Shown: one piece after another, positions 49,434 through 62,294 of the stretch
How positions within the stretch are numbered: the first letter of the stretch is position 1
Layout of the letters: every line of letters begins with the position of its first letter
Assembly (NCBI GenBank): GCA_010909165.1
Contig: VJWM01000259.1
Location: 62,001 to 126,000, forward strand
Direction: 5' to 3'
Source of the DNA: Anthoceros angustus
Lineage: Eukaryota; Plantae; Anthocerotophyta
Length of the DNA: 64,000 bases
Notes under the pieces: generated by a model
The model's input: only the letters and a program-made list of their open reading frames with translations
What the model was told of the DNA's origin: nothing
Databases searched by the model: none
Position numbers and translations under genes: made by a program

Positions 49434-50974
49434 CAATTAGTGAAGCATGCACCGATACCAATCTGGTTTCGTTCACGTTGTCTTTGTAATAGACTTTTGG
49501 AACATTTGCAAGTGAAAAGTTGCTGACCAAGCTACTAACATGCTTGGTGATGCCTCCATCGACTAGTCTTGGAAACTACCTTTGGATGGAGACATGTTGC
49601 CTCCTTGAGGCAAGAGGTGTACAAGCCTCGGAAAGTTTTTGTGGATTTTCTTTTGAAGGATTGTGTGCGAGACACTTGCGTGCCCATCACAAAAGCGCTT
49701 AAGCTTTTGTGGATCCTTTGACCATGGATCCCAATGATGGGGTGGCTCATGTTACCTGATTGTGCTCGTGAGGGACCGTAACCTCCAAGCACAACTCGTT
49801 ATGGGACTGAACCAGATCCCCTTGCCTCCCTCAACGTCCACGATCTTGTGGAAGTGTTGGATTCTTTTGCACAACTTGTGGAAATTTTCTTGGCACATGG
49901 GTGCAATCTGTTGATGAGCATGTTTTTTGGCCCAAAATTGCGTTCACAGTGCTTCCAATCTTTGAGACAAGCCAAAAACAAAGGCTTTGGTCCCATGGTA
50001 GGACTCATGTTGGAAAATTCATGCGCCGGGATGAGCTCTCATGGCTCCTTAACCACCTCTATTGTTCGCCTTGATAAAGCCAACACCGCTTTCAATGCAC
50101 CTTCTATCGAAATGTGCCTTGAAAAGACTTTGTGATCCGGACTTTTCACCCGGCTGGAAAATGGCACTTGGTTGCCTATCTCACATATCCGGTAACATTC
50201 AATTGTGAAGCATGCACCGATACCAATCTGGTTTCGTTCACGTTGTCTTTGTAATAATTTTGGAACATTTGCAAGTGAAAAGTTGCTGACCAAGCTACTA
50301 ACATGCTTGGTGATGCCTCCTTGATGCACTAGTCTTGGAAACTACCTTTGGATGGAGACATGTTGCCTCCTTGAGGCAAGAGGTGTACAAGCCTCGGAAA
50401 GTTTTTGTGGATTTTCTTTTGAACACGGAGATAGTGTGTGAGACACTTGCGTGCCCATCACAAAAGCTTCAAGCTTTTGTGGATCCTTTGACCATGGATC
50501 CCAATGATGGGGTGGCTCATGTTCCAGCGATTGTGCTCGTGAGGGACCGTAACCTCCAAGCACAACTCAAGATGGGATCAGATCCCCTTGCCTCCCTCAA
50601 CGTCCCCGATCGTGGAGTGTTGGATTCTTTTGCACAACTTGTGGAAATTTTCTTAGCACATGGGTGCAATCTGTTAGATGAGCATGTCTTTTTGGCTCAA
50701 AATTGGCTGCGTTCACAGTGCTTCCAATCTTTGAGACAAGCCAAAAAACAAAGGCTTTGGTCCCATGGTAGGATTCATGTGCTGAAAAACTCATGCGCAA
50801 GGGATGAGCTCTCATGGCTCCTTAACCACCTCTATTGTTCGCCTTGATAAAGCCAACACCACTCTTTCAATGCACCTTCTATGTCGAAATGTGCCTTGAA
50901 AAGACTTTGTGATCCGGACTTTTCACCCGGTGGCTGGCACTTGCCTATCTCACATATCTGAGTAACATTCAATT
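49434..50974 (+). repeat. Tandem duplication of about 770 bp inside the PLE ORF
   Basis: CAATT(A)GTGAAGCATGCACCGATACC at 49434 and 50200. Both copies end CCTATCTCACATATC..GTAACATTCAATT. Confidence 0.9.
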
Positions 50975-52190
50975 CCAATGGAAAGCATACTCCGAGATTC
51001 CGGTGGACCAAGACTTTGGTCTCCCTACCTCATGGGAATTTTTAAACAGCATAAATTGAAGCACGGTGGTTAACCAATGGACATGATTGTGTGTGTTCTC
51101 TATCTTGTGGACCTACTCACATTTGCCACAAATCTTATTATTCCAATTTTAAGGGATTGGACCCTTGGGCTTCAAGAGGGCTATAAAACCTACTTGGAGT
51201 GGATACCTCAATGTTTTGGATCACGGAATCCGTGGGTGGCAATCAATCTCCCGCTAAAATACATTCCATTTTAGTCGCGGATATTACGCGATGCTATGAG
51301 GCTATTCCCACACAAGGGAAGACTCCTTGCTGAAGCCATGGCTTTTGTCTTAAAAGGCATACACTCATGTCAACACGTGAGCAAAACTAAAACCTTATGG
51401 GTGAAATACTCATTCACATAAGGCTTTTGTGATTACAAGTGGGTTTATGATACACCTAGTTGCACCCGGACCATGGATCCCTCTCCCATACGAGACTCCT
51501 AAGTCTCCACTTATGGCTTATGCGCAATGTCCACTTGAAACCACTGGTTGCAAACCTCGGGCATCCCAATGGGCTTTTCATGCTCTCCACTTTGGTGCAA
51601 CTTGTACTTCTTCTCCTATGAATGCCGCTTCATTCAACGCCTTACGACTAGGAAGAAATCTAATGGCACTTCAAAGCTAGAAGATACATTGATGATATCT
51701 GCTGGCTCAACGCCACCTCGCTCACAATTCTTGGACCCTAATGCTAAGCGTGATCCACGAATCCCTATTGGATCTACCCCTCCACATTGTTGAAATCCAA
51801 CAAGAGGTGGATGAAACTTACCTAGCGAGGGCATCACACTTGGAAAGTCGGCCCACTTTCTAAACATGCAAATTCATATTGAGGATCCCATCCTTGGAAT
51901 TTATAAGACCTATAAGTTGACAAGCGAAGGGCTCTCCCATTCAAATATGCACAATACATCCACTTGAACTCTAATAGACCAATTGCCAAGCATACAATGT
52001 AATTGTGTCTCAAGTGTTCCCTATCCTCTATGTATCTAGTGAGGCCTCACTAGCCTACATAGAACTCATGGAACTTATTAAAGCCTTCATCAACAATGGC
52101 TTTAGGAACACAAGCTTAAAACCATTGTTAAAAATGCTTAATGCTTGGAACCTTCCACGGTCTTAAGTTCCCAATTGAGGATCTTGTTAG
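49434..52190 (+). pseudogene. Penelope-like reverse transcriptase, frameshifted
   Basis: ADITRCYEAIP (51277), QTSGIPMGFSCSPLWCNLYFFSYE (51551), RYIDDICWLN (51682), AHFLNMQIHI (51851) and DKRRALPFKYAQYIHLNSNRP (51919). N-terminal blocks AHV...LVRDRNLQAQLKMG and LNHLYCSP/DKAN match PLE pre-RT motifs as recalled. The subclade is not established. Confidence 0.8.
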
Positions 52191-52414
52191 CATGTTCAAT
52201 TAATTTCCCACATAACTTCTCTCTATGGGATGGTTAGATAGATTTATGTATATGATGCTTCATGCATCATGTTTTTTCTGTCATTTTATTACAATTATAT
52301 TTCCTTTTGGCGATTATGGTATACAAATATCCTTGGATCAAGGGCATTTGTATACCTCATTTACCCGATCCAAAAAGGAATATATTTGTAAATTCAACCA
52401 CGGAGAGTGGAGGG

Positions 52415-55400
52415 TATCTATCTATCTATCTATCCATCTATCCAAGAGAGAGTTATGTTCCCTATGAGATCCATGAATTTGCCCTTTGTGTGCCCATAGA
52501 TTGGTGCTTCTAAATGATGTTTATCCATCCCAAACATCCCATCGATGAACTAAGTAAATCTATTCCTTCAATGTTTACGTAATACTAATTTGTGAAGGAA
52601 TTTTTATTGATTTTATTTATTATTTACCCTTTATTATTTTCTTACTAATATGGTTGTTTTCCTTGATTTTTGAGATAAATTTTAATTCAAGATAGTCTAA
52701 TATGTATGCGGGTTTTATTTGTCTTTTTGGATAATAAACTTGGAAGTGATGTTTACAAGTATCTTTCATATGTTTTGTTTTTGACCTTAGAGGTGTCTAA
52801 CCCATAAAAATGCACCATTAGACTCTTGATAACTATGGAGTGAATAGAATATGAATATGCTTGCCTTTTTCCAATGGCTATCACCTTTTAATGGTAGAAG
52901 GACATAGTGCCTTACCCACTTGGGCATATTAACACCTCATATGGGCCATGTGTACATTTATGACCTCGGACCTTGTTTCACTTTTAATATATACTACTAG
53001 GCTATAAATGAGGGATCGACCTATGTGCATGTTTGTTAAAGATGGGTTGATTCCTTGTGGGTTATCATTGGTAGGAATGGCTGCCCAATAGGATTATATA
53101 ACTTGAGCGATGGTTGGATAGAATTTGCTACCCAATGAAATCCCTTCCCTCAAACTTTGGTTGGGGTTCCTCCCTTCCTCTCCTATGCTTAGCCTCTACC
53201 TTTGATGATTGTCATTCTCTCTATTGCTCGCCTCTATTTGCGTGATCACCTTACTTAGTACCTTGGTCTCTTTGTCGCGTTGCCTCCCCAAGCTAGCCAT
53301 GGCTACCAAGGTTGAACCTTTTCTCCTCTCTTTTACTTCACTATGCAACCTTAGAATTAGTGGATGTGCAATGGATCCCGTCTCACCAAGGATCCAACGG
53401 GCCGATGATCCCTTTTGGTGGCTGAAGAAGGAAGGGGAGGTGTTGACCAACACCATCTGTGCATCCAAGAAGCTAGACCTTGATTTGGTCATCTGGTCTA
53501 GTCTTCTAAACCTCAAGTTGTTTTTTCGGTATGATCTAGAAGCATGGATAGATGACTCAATGCTAGGGTTTGTGTCTTACAGTTCAAAATACCGGTTTGA
53601 TCAACACAAGATACTCGTGCTCCGTGATGGTGCTATGAATGTGTCGTTGTTCGCTGCAATTTTTGTCCGGATGCCTCGTATTGGATGCATGTCTTTGGAA
53701 TCGTCATCCTTTGGGATCTTGACTCAAGGTCACTTAGGTGAAGCATCAGCATCTTGCGTGGTTTGATCGCATTTGTGAGGCCCGTGATGTTTGATACATG
53801 TAGCAAGGAATGCGGTGGCTGGGAGGACAACGTCGCAGTTGAATGATGAAAATAGGTGGTATCGTTTGGCTTCACTAGACGATCTGAGATTGCATGTGAA
53901 TGGCTTCAAGATAGCATGCGAGATAGATATTGTGCTACGGATGCTCAAGCTAGCCATTGGGATGTCGATCTAGTTTTGCATATCGCGTTGCTACCACGGT
54001 TGGATGTACCTGCTGACATCTTTAAGATTACCTTTGGAATATTGGGAGTCCGCCGAGGACAAGGGCCTCTTTGGACGCGCTTTTGATCGGACGGTTGGGG
54101 CCGCTGTTTTGCTGCTCCCTGCGCCATCGCTCATGGATTGCTTGCTAGGAATCATTATCTCGGTTGAGGGTTCCTTGTGGCTCTTGTGGAGCCACAAAGT
54201 GGGCGCGTGCAAGTGGTCTGCAGGCAACCTGGTTTTGCTTCCACGATGGGCTATTTCTTTCAAGAAATTGATGTCGTCGGTGCATAGCACGACGTCTTTG
54301 ACTGGTGGGTGCTGGATGCGTGGGTGGATCCAGACGGGTTGTCGATCTAAAACGTGAGCAGGATGACCATGCTACGATAATTTGCTTGGTGACCGTCTCA
54401 CGGAGAGGTGTGTCTCGCCTCAGGCGAGGATCGACTATGGGCAAGAAAAAGGTCAAATGGGGCGGTGATTATTGTCTGGCAGCCTCTTTTGGGCGATTTT
54501 AAGACGGGTTGGAGGATTGCTGGTTTTACCTCCGCCGCTCATGGATTGCTTGCGGGAATGATGACCATATGGTTTGATGGTTACTCATGGCACCCGATGC
54601 TTGGAGCCATACAAGTGGCGCCTAAGCGGTGAGACGACCCGATGGTTTTGCTACCACGGTGGATGTTCACCGATCCGGAATTGGTGTCTGTGGTGATTAG
54701 CATGATGTCTTTCCCGGTGGATCTTGGATGGGCGGATGGGTGGATCCAGACGGGTTGTCGATCTAAAACTTGACCGGGATATCATGCTCCAATCCTTTAT
54801 CCTGGGATCTGTGATGTGGCTGTCCGCAAGTGGGCTTGTGATGGTTGGCGTGCGGCTGGAGAAAAGCGATCTGGCAATAAACGCACGTTGCTTACATGAG
54901 CATGAGGATGTGTAGTGATTGAGATTGGTGCAACTTGATGAGAAAATGATACATGGTAGTCTGCTGCAAGGAAGTGTGTGATGGCAGACCGGTGAGCGAC
55001 TTGGAGAGAAAAGATGCGTGGGTGCCATCTGTGGTGACAATGATACATGGGTGTGTGATGATGGAGGCTGATCGATGGGCCACTTGTTTGTTCTTTAAGG
55101 ATGTGTATGAAATTAAGGCCACTGAGACTAGTGAGCGGCCAGAAAAAAGCGATGCTCATCAAGTGGATGCACTTCGCAAGCATACAGGTAGGATAATGGT
55201 TGAGACTCATGGCCGGAGAAAAGCGATGTAATGTGGATGCACGTTGTATACTTGCAAGGATGCATGTGGGTGTTTGATGATTGAGACCGATGAACGGCCT
55301 AGAAAACAATGCAAGCAATGATGCACACTCGCTTGCGCAAGGATGCATGTGGGTTTGTGATATTGAGACGGTCAGCTTGGAGAGAAAACAAAGCTATAGA

Positions 55401-55916
55401 TGCACACTACTCCTTGCTACAAGGATGCTTGTAAAGGTTTTTGATAACTTACGGTGACATACCAACCATGGACCACAATGGTGAACTAGTCATTACTGCT
55501 AACAACCACGACGAAATTAATGGTGACATGCATGATTTTCTCTCTCATGAACATGATGTTCCTATTTGCTGTTGATCACGGTTGCTAGCATGCTGAAAAA
55601 TGGAAGAGTGCTTATAGACATCTTGGTTCACTTCCCTCGATTCGATGTAGGTCTCTAACTACTTACCAACCACGGGGAAATTGCGGACACATTGCATGCC
55701 TTTACACAATCATCCGTGTGCACGCTACAAATGTGATATACTCATACCAATGGAGGGGCATCGGATCTCTCTCACACATGGGGTTGCTTACGAATTAGGA
55801 GACCTATGGTAACTTCGGAAAATCCTTCCGATTGGATTTTAAAATATATCTCTAAACAGCAGCTTTGCTTGAAATGGCTAGGCCAGGTATACATTTATGC
55901 GATGTAGTCTAGGAAA
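52415..55916. repeat. Repeat unit U2 (about 3.5 kb)
   Basis: Full-length copy colinear with U1, bounded by (TATC)n. Confidence 0.9.
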
Positions 55917-58900
55917 TCTATCTATCTATCTATCCATCTATCCAAGAGAGTTATGTTCCTATGAGATCCATGAATTTGCCTTTGTGTGCCCATAGATTGG
56001 TGCTTCTAAATGATGTTTATCCATCCCAAACATCCCATCGATGAACTAAATAAATCTATTCCTTCAATGTTTACGTAATACTAATTTGTGAAGGAATTTT
56101 TATTGATTTTATTTGTTTTTACCCTTTATTATTTTCTTACTAATATGGTTGTTTTCCTTGATTTTTGAGATAAATTTTAATTCAAGAAAGTCTAATATGT
56201 ATGCAGGTTTTATTTGTCTTTTTGGATAATAAATTTGGAAGCGTGATGTTTACAAGTATCTTTCATATGTTTTGTTTTTGACCTTAGAGAGGTGTCTAAC
56301 TCATAAAAATGCACCATTAGACTCTTGATAACTATGGAGTGAATAGAATATGAATATGCTTGCCTTTTTCCAATGGCTATCACCTTTATTGGTAGAAGGA
56401 CATAGTGCCTTACCCACTTGGGCATATTAACACCTCATATGGGCCATGTGTACATTTATGACCTCGGACCTTGTTTCACTTTTAATATATACTACTAGGC
56501 TATAAATGAGGGATCGACCTATGTGCATGTTTGTTAAAGATGGGTTGATTCCTTGTGGGTTATCATTGGTAGGAATGGCTGCCCAATAGGATTATATAAC
56601 TTGTGAGCCGTGGTTGGATAGAATTTGCTACCCAATGAAATCCCTTCCCTCAAACTTTGGTTGGGGTTCCTCCTTCCTCTCCTATGCTTAGCCTCTACCT
56701 TTGATGATTGTCATTCTCTCTATTGCTCCCCCTCTATTTGCGTGATCACCTTACTTAGTACCTTGGTCTCTTTGTCGCGTTGCCTCCCCAAGCTAGCCAT
56801 GGCTACCAAGGTTGAACCTTTTCTCCTCTCTTTTACTTCACTATGCAACCTTAGAATTAGTGGATGTGCAATGGATCCCGTCTCACCAAGGATCCAGAGA
56901 CGGGGCCGATGATCCCTTTTTGGTGGCTGAAGAAGGGAAGGGGGAGGGGGTGTTGACCAACACTATCTCTGTGCATCCAAGAAGCTAGACCTTGATTTGG
57001 TCATCCGGTCTAGTCTTCTAAACCTCAAGTTGTTTTTGGTATGATCTAGAAGCGGTGGATAGATGACTCAATGATCGCTAGGGTTTGTGTCTTACGGATT
57101 CAAAATACTTGGTTTGATCAACACAAGATACTTAAATTTCCAGTGTATAGATGTGTCGTTATTCGTACTGCAATTTTTATCTGGATGCCTCGTATTGGAT
57201 GCATGTCGAATCGTCATCCTTTGGGATCACTCAAGGTCCTGCAGGTGAAGCATCTGTGCATCTTGCGTAGCTCGACGCTTGTGAGGATGTCGATGTTTGA
57301 TACATGTAGCAAGGAATGACGGTGGCCGTGGGAGGACAACGTCGCAGTTGATAATGAAATAGGTGGTATCTTGTTGTTTGGCTTCAACTGGACGTCTGCG
57401 AGCACAAGATTGCATGTGAATGGCTTCAAGATAGCATGCGATAGATATTGTGCTACACGGATGCTCGCTTAAGCTTGGGATGTCGATCTAGTTTTGCATA
57501 TCGCGTTGCTACCACGGTTGGATGTACATTTAACTAAGATTACCTTTGGAATATTGGGAGTCCGCGAGGACAAGGGCCTCTTTGGACGCGCTTTTGATCG
57601 ACAGGTTGGACGGCTGGTTTTGCTGCTCCCTGCGCCATCGCTCATGGATTGCTTGCTAGGAATGATTATCTCGGTTGAGGTTCCACGTGGCTGCGTGCTT
57701 GGAGCCATACAAAGTGGCGCGTGCAAGTGGTCTGCAGCAACTGCTGGTTTTGCTTCCACGATGGTCGCTTCGTTAAGCTGGAAATTGATATCGTCGTGCA
57801 TAGCCTGACGTCTTGCTCTGATGGTGGGTCTTGGATGCATGGGTGGATCCAGGACGGGTTGTCACGTCGATCTAAAGCGTGAACGGATGACCATGGCTAC
57901 ATGGTGCTTGGTGACCCGTCTCACGGAGAGGTGCCTCCAGTGAGGATCGACTATGGGCAAGGAAAAAAAGTGTGGGGGCACTGATTATGTCTGCGCCTCT
58001 TTGGACGCGATTTTACCGGACGGGTTGGAGGATTGCTGGTTTTGCTGCTCCCTGCGCCATCGCTCATGGATTGCTTCTGGGAATGATGACCATATGGTTT
58101 GATGGTTCTGCGTAGCTGCCGATTGAGCCATACAAGTGGCGCAAGCGGTGAGAAGACCGATGGTTTTGCTACCACGGTGGATGTTCCTGGCTGGGGAATT
58201 GGTGTCCTGGTGATTAGCACGATGTGCTGCTCGGTGGCGGATCTTGGATGGGCGGGATGGGTGGATCAGTGTTGTCGATCTAAAACTTGACCGGGATGGC
58301 CATAGCGATCCTCACAACCCGGGATCGGTGATCACGGCGGGTCTTGACCGCACGTGGGCTTGTGATGGCTGTGGTAGCGTGCGGCTGGAGAAAAGCGATC
58401 TTGGCAATAAGCGCGCTTTATCTGCGAGAATGCATGAGGATCTGTAGTGATTGAGATTGGTGTAACCAGAGAAAATGATAAGGTGGCTGCTGCAGGAAGT
58501 GTGTGATGGTGAGGCGGTGAGCGACTAGAGAAAAGATCTGAGCGGTAGATGCATTGCCATTGGTGACAATGATACCATGGGTATGTGATGATGGAAGCTA
58601 TGCGGCGTTGGGCCTTCGGTTTGATTCTTTGAAGGATGTGTATGAAATTGTGACGTTGAGACTAGTAATAAAAAGCGATCCTCATCAAGTGGATGCATTT
58701 GTTTGCTGCAGCATCTGAGTGGGTATGTAATGGTTGAGACTAATGGCGGCGAGAAAAACGATGTAGGCTGGATGGATACGTTATGTCTGCAAGGATGCAT
58801 GTGGGTGTTTGATGATTGAGACCGATGAACGGCCTAGAGAAAATAATGCAAGCAATGATGCTGCTTCTTTTACGAGGATGCATGTGGGTTTGTGATATTG

Positions 58901-59430
58901 AGGCTCGGTTTGGAGAGAAAAGCAGGGGCTATAGATGCACACTACTCCCTTGCTACAAGGATGCTTGATAAGGTTTTGATAACTTACGGTGACATACCAA
59001 CCATGGACCATATGGTGAAGCCCAGTACATTGCTACTTTTACAACCAAGAAATTAATGGTGACATGCATGATTTTCTCTCTCATGAGCATGTTCCTATTT
59101 GCTGTTGATCTGGTTGCTAGCATAAAATGGAAGAGTGCTTATAGACATCGTTCACTTCACTGTCGATGTTGTCTAACTTACCAACCAGGTGGGAAATTGC
59201 GGACACATTGCATGCCTTTACACAATCATCCGTGCACTACAAATGTGATATACTCATACCAATGGAGGTCATGATATTGGATCTCTCACATGGGGGTTAC
59301 GAATTAGGAGACCTATGGTCGAACTTGAAAATCCTTAGGATTACGGATTTTAAAATATATCTCTAAACAGCAGCTTTGCTTGAAATGACACAGCTAGGTC
59401 AGCAACATTTATGCGATGTAGTCTAGGAAA
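55917..59430. repeat. Repeat unit U3 (about 3.5 kb)
   Basis: Full-length tandem copy. Confidence 0.9.
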
Positions 59431-60264
59431 TCTATCTATCTATCTATCCATCTATCCAAGAGAGAGTTATGTTCCTATGAGATCCATGAATTTGCCCTTT
59501 GTGTGCCCATAGATTGGTGCTTCTAAATGATGTTTATCCATCCCAAACATCCCATCGATGAACTAAGTAAATCTATTCCTTCAATGTTTACGTAATACTA
59601 ATTTGTGAAGGAATTTTTATTGATTTTATTTGTTATTTACCCTTTATTATTTTCTTACTAATATGGTTGTTTTCCTTGATTTTTGAGATAAATTTTAATT
59701 CAAGATAGTCTAATATGTATGCAGGTTTTATTTGTCTTTTTTTGGATAATAAACTTGGGCGTGATGTTTACAAGTATCTTTCATATGTTTTGTTTTTGAC
59801 CTTAGAGAGGTGTCTAACCCATAAAAATGCACCATTAGACTCTTGATAACTATGGAGTGAATAGAATATGAATATGCTTGCCTTTTTCCAATGGCTATCA
59901 CCTTTTAATGGTAGAAGGACATAGTGCCTTACCCACTTGGGCATAATTAACACCTCATATGGGCCATGTGTACATTTATGACCTCGGACCTTGTTTCACT
60001 TTTAATATATACTACTAGGCTATAAATGAGGGATCGACCTATGTGCATGTTTGTTAAAGATGGGTTGATTCCTTGTGGGTTATCATTGGTAGGAATGGCT
60101 GCCCAATAGGATTATATAACTTGTGAGCTGGTTGGATAGAATTTGCTACCCAATGAAATCCTTCCCGATTCTCGGATTTTAAAATATATCTCTAAACAAC
60201 AGCTTTGCTTGAAATGACCTGGCTAGGTCAGGCAGCTTGCATTTATGCGATGTAGTCTAGGAAA
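59431..60264. repeat. Repeat unit U4, internally deleted (about 0.83 kb)
   Basis: The first 730 bp or so are fused to the last 100 bp or so of the unit at AAATCCTTCC (about 60156-60166). Confidence 0.85.
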
Positions 60265-62294
60265 TCTATCTATCTATCCATCTATCCAAGAGAGAGTTAT
60301 GTTCCCTATGAGATCCATGAATTTGCCCTTTGTGTGCCCGTAGATTGTTGCCTCTGAATGATGTTCATCCATCCCAAACATCCCATCGATGAACTAAGTA
60401 AATCAATTCCTTCAATGTTTACGTAACACTAATTTGTGAAGGAATTTTTATTGATTTTATTTGTTATTTACCCTTTATTATTTTCTTACTAATATGGTTG
60501 TTTTCCTTGATTTTTGAGATAAATTTTAATTCAAGAAAGTCTAATATGTATGCAGGTTTTATTTGTCTTTTTGGATAATAAATTTGGAAGCGTGATGTTT
60601 ACAAGTATCTTTCATATGTTTTGTTTTTGACCTTAGAGAGGTGTCTAACTCATAAAAATGCACCATTAGACTCTTGATAACTATGGAGTGAATAGAATAT
60701 GAATATGCTTGCCTTTTTCCAACTGCTATCACCTTTTATTGGTAGAAGGACATAGTGCCTTACCCACTTGGGCATATTAACACCTCATATGGGCCATGTG
60801 TACATTTATGACCTCGGACCTTGTTTCACTTTTAATATATACTACTAGGCTATAAATGAGGGATCGACCTATGTGCATGTTTGTTAAAGATGGGTTGATT
60901 CCTTGTGGGTTATCATTGGTAGGAATGGCTGCCCAATAGGATTATATAACTTGTGAGCCAGTGGTTGGATAGAATTTGCTACCCAATGAAATCCCTTCCT
61001 CCAAACTTTGGTTGGGGTTCCTCCCTTCCTCTCCTATGCTTAGCCTCTACCTTTGATGATTGTCATTCTCTCTATTGCTCCCGCCTCTATTTGCGTGATC
61101 ACCTTACTTAGTACCTTGGTCTCTTTGTCGCTGCCTCCCCAAGCTAGCCATGGCTACCAAGGTTGAACCTTTTCTCCTCTCTCTACTTCACTATGCAACC
61201 TTAGAATTAGTGGATGTGCAATGGATCCCGTCTCACCAAGGATCCGGAAACGGGCCGATGATCCCTTTTGGTGGTCAAGAAGGGAAGGGGAGGTGTTGAC
61301 CAACACCATCTCTGCATCCAAGAAGCTAGACCTTGATTTGGTCATCCGGTCTAGTCTTCTAAACCTCAAGTTGTTTTTTCGGTATGATCTAGAAGCGTGG
61401 ATAGATGACTCAATGGTTGCTAGGGTTTGTGTCTTACGGATTCAAAAATGGGTTTGATCAACACAAGATACTTAGTGCTCGGTGGCGTGGCTATGAATGT
61501 GTCGTTGTTCGTCTTTGCAATTTTTCTGGATGCCTCGTATTGGATGCATGTCGGAATCGTCATCCTTTGGGATCGACTCAAGGTCCCGCTTAGGTGAAGC
61601 ATCGCATCTTGCGTAGTCTTTGCCGCAATGAGGCGATGTGATGTTTGATACATGTAGCAAGGAATGACGGTGGCCGTGGGAGGACAACGACGCAGTTGAA
61701 TGACAAAATAGGTGGTATCTTGTTGTTTGGCTTCACTGACGATCTCGAGCACAAGATTGCATGTGAATGGCTTCTGAAGATAGCATGCGATAGATATTGT
61801 GCTGCCTGGATGCTCGCTTAAGCTTACGACTGGGATGTCGATCTAGTTTTGCATATCGCGTTGCTACCACGGTTGGATGTACCTGCTGTTGACTGTACTG
61901 TAAGATTGCACTGGAATATTGGGAGTCCGCTGAGGACAAGGGCCTCTTTTGGACGCGCTTTTTGATCGGACGGGTTGGACGACTGCTGGTTTTGTTGCTC
62001 CCTGCTGCCATCGCTCATGGATTGCTTGCTAGGAATCATTATCTCGGTTGAGGGTTCCACTGGCTCGCGTGCTTGGAGCCATACAAAGTGGCGCGTGCAA
62101 GTGGTGCCGCAGCACGTTGGTTTTGCTTCCACGATGGGCTTTCGTTGCTGCTGAAATTGATGTCGGCGGTGCATAGCACGACGTCCGCTACCTGGTGGGT
62201 GCTGGATATGCAGTGGGTGGATCAGGGCGGTTGGTCGATCTAAACGTGAACGGATGACCATGGCTACGGAATTTGCTTGGTGACCCGTCTCACG
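60265..62294. repeat. Repeat unit U5, 3'-truncated
   Basis: Colinear with U2 until GACCCGTCTCACGGAGAGGTGT. Confidence 0.85.

Larger units (their letters stand above)
47735..52414 (+). mobile_element. Unique coding body of a Penelope-like retroelement (PLE)
   Basis: The only non-repeated stretch between the 3.5-kb units. It contains a PLE-type RT in its 3' half and unassigned ORF-like sequence at about 47950-49400. Confidence 0.7.
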
